A stretch of 63,808 bases of DNA, counting the filler, from Klebsormidium nitens (taxonomy: Eukaryota; Plantae; Klebsormidiophyceae): assembly GCA_000708835.1 (NCBI GenBank). It is 6 parts of 6 records of this genome, joined end to end, with 100 filler letters (N's around TTAATTAATTAA, not from the genome) between each part and the next. Parts side by side here need not be neighbours in the genome. Positions count along the whole stretch, not along the records: positions 50,414 to 61,801 come from DF238127.1; positions 61,902 to 63,808 come from DF238252.1; 4 more parts are not named here. One strand, written 5' to 3'. How positions within the stretch are numbered: the first letter of the stretch is position 1; each line of letters starts with the position of its first letter. Below the pieces are notes generated by a model. That model ran no database searches and was not told where the DNA came from. It saw nothing but the letters and a program-made list of their open reading frames with translations. Made by a program: the position numbers and the translations under genes. Shown piece by piece: positions 60,170 through 63,808 of this stretch.

Positions 60170-60711
60170 TTTTATACCAATGGCGGGCAACCGCGGTGCA
60201 TTGAGCACCCCTGCTTGCAAATGGTACATGCCATGCAGACTCGCTTCAAAGGCTGGTTCGACACGAGCTTCCAGCCGATATGCTATACTTCTCATGCAAG
60301 ACCAGCTTGAGGCGGACCCATAAATCTGGCCGTTTCTATGCTACTACTTGTCTCTGCGTTGAGGTTGAGACCTTTGCCGATTGGCTCACAATAAGCGGAG
60401 CATGTGTGTCGCGAGAACGGCCTTTGGCGTCAGTACAAGTCAGTGACATCCAACTTAGTGGAACGTAAGGACCAAAAACGAGACGGATATATTGTGTCAT
60501 TGTGCATATCACATCTGAGTCGTTGTAGCAAAGACGACAGACTAAAATCCTGGTTGATTGCTCTCAATTGGACCATGACGTCGACGAGTGCGACTTCCAG
60601 CATATGCATGATAAGGGCCGATAGGCCAACTCTGAAAGAAAGCAGCTCTTTTTTTGTGGCCCTAACGACCACTGGTTGAATACAATCATTGAAAAATACT
60701 AACAACATCAT
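60170..60711 (-). pseudogene. Stop-riddled ORF ending in a Cys/His cluster; possible transposase relic
   Basis: Single frame with 3 internal stops: LIMHMLEVALVD...KRVCMACTICKQGCSMHRGC. Confidence 0.25.
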
Positions 60712-60832
60712 TCAATTGCATGGGCTCGTTACTATGAGTACCCGGCCCTGTCATGAACACTGCGGTTGTATAACTTACTCCGAACCCCTCCGCTTTACTA
60801 CTTCACTTGCGTCTTTCCTTCCTTGCACATTC

Positions 60833-61125
60833 CTAAGGTTCCTTGTTCACGATCTGATGTGTTTGTTGTGAAGTGCTTGCAGGTGTGCCTGCTCCAATGA
60901 CAGCAGTAGACTCGTTTGCTTGAGCAGCACACAGGTCTTCCTTATGCACACTGACAGCTATCACTTGAGTACGAACAGATTCACTTGACCATTGGAATCC
61001 GGTGTACAAATGGAGGTGAGCTTCCGGCCACCGGGTTTTGATGACAATCTCGAAGATCCCAAGGGGGGTTCGCTCCTTGTACCCACGGCTTTTGGCTACT
61101 CGTTGATATGCTTGAAAGCGGTGCT
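60833..61125 (-). CDS. KolX-like (P2X7 C-terminal-like) exon, convergent on the transposase
   Basis: CTGCAG acceptor, then HRFQAYQRVAKSRGYKERTPLGIFEIVIKTRWPEAHLHLYTGF; an upstream QWCYCS near 61690 is a likely earlier exon. Confidence 0.6.
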
Positions 61126-61801
61126 CTGCAGCGGAAAGCAGAGTTTATACGTCATGGGGACTCGGGCAATTCGCATTCATAGTAGCCAGCTTGCATTACT
61201 CTCGGGCACCAAATTGCATAATCAACGTGAGATGAAGGCAGGCGGCGTGAACATTTTCTCGATTCACTAAAGCCAGACAAATCGACCGTACAAATCACCT
61301 CATTGAAAGAGTAGCAAATAAAGACTTGCAGAGAGGAAAGATTCTGGGGAGACTGTCCCTTCCTTGACAGGTGGCTCGAGAGTTGTGGGTAGGGAGGGCG
61401 ACGGTGGTGTACCAAGAAAGAGTGAAGAACTTCTCAGAGATAGGAACGTTTCTTGATACCAGGCAAAGAATGCTTGACCTCTGCACCTCTGTACAGTCCA
61501 ATCTAACAAGCTCTAAAGGTAGATTCAAGCCATTAGGAGACAGATCTGAATGAAAGACTCTGACGTTGAATACTGCGAATCATGAAGACCATAGCCAAGT
61601 GAAGTAAGCGTTGCTCGTACGTTTTGATTGAAATTATCTTGTTCAGTACTCCACTTATGTGGACCCCTAGCTGTTCGAGCACAAGTTGCCTTATTGAGCA
61701 GTAGCACCACTGTGACGGTTGGACAGGGTCACACGCTGCCTGTCTACTTCACATGTGCGGAAACCATGCGAAGCTTCTCAGCACGCCTTGGGATCACCTC
61801 T

Positions 61802-61901
61802 NNNNNNNNNNNNNNNNNNNNNNNNNNNNNNNNNNNNNNNNNNNNTTAATTAATTAANNNNNNNNNNNNNNNNNNNNNNNNNNNNNNNNNNNNNNNNNNN
61901 N
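61802..61901. other. Assembly gap linker
   Basis: N-run with TTAATTAATTAA. Confidence 0.98.
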
Positions 61902-62070
61902 ATTAGCTCTAGAATTACTACGGTTATCCGAGTAGTAAGGTACCATCAAATAAACTATAACTGATTTAATGAGCCATTCGCAGTTTCACAGTATAAAAGA
62001 GTTTATACTTAGACATGCATGGCTTAATCTTTGAGACAAGCATATGACTACTGGCAGGATCAACCAGGTA
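61902..62070 (-). rRNA. 18S rRNA: 18S rRNA, 5' 169 nt (rest in gap)
   Basis: Reverse complement begins TACCTGGTTGATCCTGCCAGTAGTCATATGCTTGTCTCAAAGATTAAGCCATGCATGTCTAAGTATAA. Confidence 0.99.
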
Positions 62071-63808
62071 GCGGCCCTTTTCCGGGTCCGGCGCAAGCCG
62101 TTCCCGGAATGATTCGCCTTTTGCCAAGACGGGTGTTATTTCCAAAGGCGCGGTGAGAATTGCTTCTCAGAGCGCCACAACCCGAGCGGCCGGTCCGGCG
62201 CCGAAGCGACAGACCAACAGCTTTTCCACGTTGCCCCGCTGAAATTCCTCCCGAAGCACCCAACGTGACCAAGCATTCGGTCCCTCCTTCCCTTTCGAAA
62301 AGTCGGGCGAAGCTCGCGCAGGATACCCCGTGACGCTAGCCGCCGACATCCGCTGCAAGACGAGGTCTCGCAACCGACGATACCGGTGTACTAGCAGGCT
62401 TTCGCTTGGGTATACGTTTTCACTTTGACCAGTGTATTGATACAAGCTCCCCATCAATCGCCGCTTTACTGCGCAACCGAAAGGCCGCAACGGTGTAAGC
62501 TGCAAAGGAGCCCCTTTTAGAGGCATCCGGTTTCATTGAAAGCGAGCGGGGGAGCCGGGCCGACGGCGGGAGCAACCGCTACCGAACCCGACCCACCGCA
62601 ACGCATTGTCGCTCATGACTAGGAGACCAAAGGCCCCTTTTCGCAGCCAAAACAGCCGAAAGAGTCCTCGAGAAAGTATACTTCCACGAGAACTTTTCGA
62701 ACTATGAGCCGCTCAGTCGTACGGAAGATCAGCCGTATTCTCCGGCTTGTACTTTCCTGCTTCCCATGATGACGTCCTCCAGGGCACGACTAGTGCCCGC
62801 AATTTCCGGAAATGAGTAGCGTGCTAGCATGCCATCATTGAGGTAGATGTGACAGCTGATGTGACAGATCAAAAAAACTCGTGGAAGTATACTTTCTCGA
62901 GAGAAAACACCGGGATCTGGCATGATGCGACTACCAAGAAGGCCGCGCCGTACGCGTTTAGTCAACCCCTCAATGATCGGGATCGCAACCTCGGTGATGT
63001 CGCACAGTCACATCAGGGCCGACAAGCCGGTATTGGCGCCGGTGCGCGCAGCCGGCGCTGCGGTGTAGGCATAGCTCGGCTGTAGCAAGCCGCCGGTAAA
63101 AGCGGCGCATTGGCGCTTCTTTGAAAGAAAAGGGACCTCCGCTTGGGCTCTTTAGTGCCCTTTGTTACCCTGTAAGTCGACCACGAAGCCGGTTCGGCTG
63201 CAAGGCCGCTTGATGGCTTGAAGGCGCCGAGTCTGCGGCAGACCAACTGTGTTGATACCGGCGCCGGCCGGCGTCGGCCGCACCGCCGACCGGGCCGGCG
63301 TCGGCCGCCGACCGGCGGTGCATTCAGTTTCCTTTTCTTTTCATGAAATTCAGGACAGATTTGATAATCAATCTATATCTCTATATATGAAGCCGCCACC
63401 AACATGATTGTGCGGCTCGGCGAAGCCATTTACCATTTTGTCCCATTAGCCCCGGTGCGGGCGCTTCGGCTTTTGGCGCAGGAGTCGCTCCGGCGCGCCG
63501 GGTCTGCAAATAGGTGACTAATAACTACCGGAGCCGGCACATCGGCGCCTTTTCGGTACGCTTTTGAAGCTGAAACATGGAATCCAATGGTATCAAAATT
63601 AAGGTCGATCAGGACCCCCGAGGCCCGGGCGCTGAGATTTAACAATGTTATTTATTTGTAGAACACAAACGGACCGCTTTGCCGGTGCGGAGCTTTGGGC
63701 TTCGGCGCGCCGAACCTGAAGTGAGAGTGATTTTGTACCCGGCGCAATATTAGCGCTTCTACGAAGTTGGACTTAAGTAAGCAAATATCAATTCTTTCGT
63801 TGGGGTTC
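62071..63808 (-). other. rDNA 5' ETS / intergenic spacer
   Basis: GC-rich non-coding sequence directly upstream of the 18S 5' end. Confidence 0.8.
63379..63387 (-). promoter_or_regulatory. Candidate RNA Pol I initiation site TATATAGAG
   Basis: Resembles the land-plant TATATAGGG start motif; an isolated AT island ~1.3 kb upstream of 18S. Confidence 0.35.

Noticed and set aside
62060-63645. ORFs in the rDNA spacer
   Set aside because: Chance ORFs in GC-rich ETS/IGS.

Overview
Eukaryotic scaffold made of six contigs joined by 100-nt N/TTAATTAATTAA gap linkers. The 18S sequence, intron-rich GC-rich genes and a PUB62/At3g19895-like gene point to a green-lineage, probably streptophyte-algal (Klebsormidium-like) genome; this is inference. 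Host genes lie in 6-30 kb: a Cys/Pro-rich gene, an 8-exon gene for a secreted protein with two PEBP domains, and a ~1680-aa 2OG-fold/U-box gene. The rest is mostly mobile DNA. (i) An AEP/PrimPol-like cassette carrying a 2A-like motif is bracketed by inverted arrays of a ~120-bp hairpin repeat. (ii) Two diverged copies of a tyrosine-recombinase element share an unknown 'gene X'; one carries a Prim-Pol/Zn-finger/SF3-helicase gene, and no capsid gene is seen. (iii) A spliced Kolobok-type DDE transposase faces a convergent KolX-like gene. (iv) Several MITEs have 8-bp TSDs, one of them inserted into a sister element's TIR. The window ends with the 5' end of 18S rDNA and its ETS/IGS on the minus strand. 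All family assignments are from motif recognition by eye; no database search was run.
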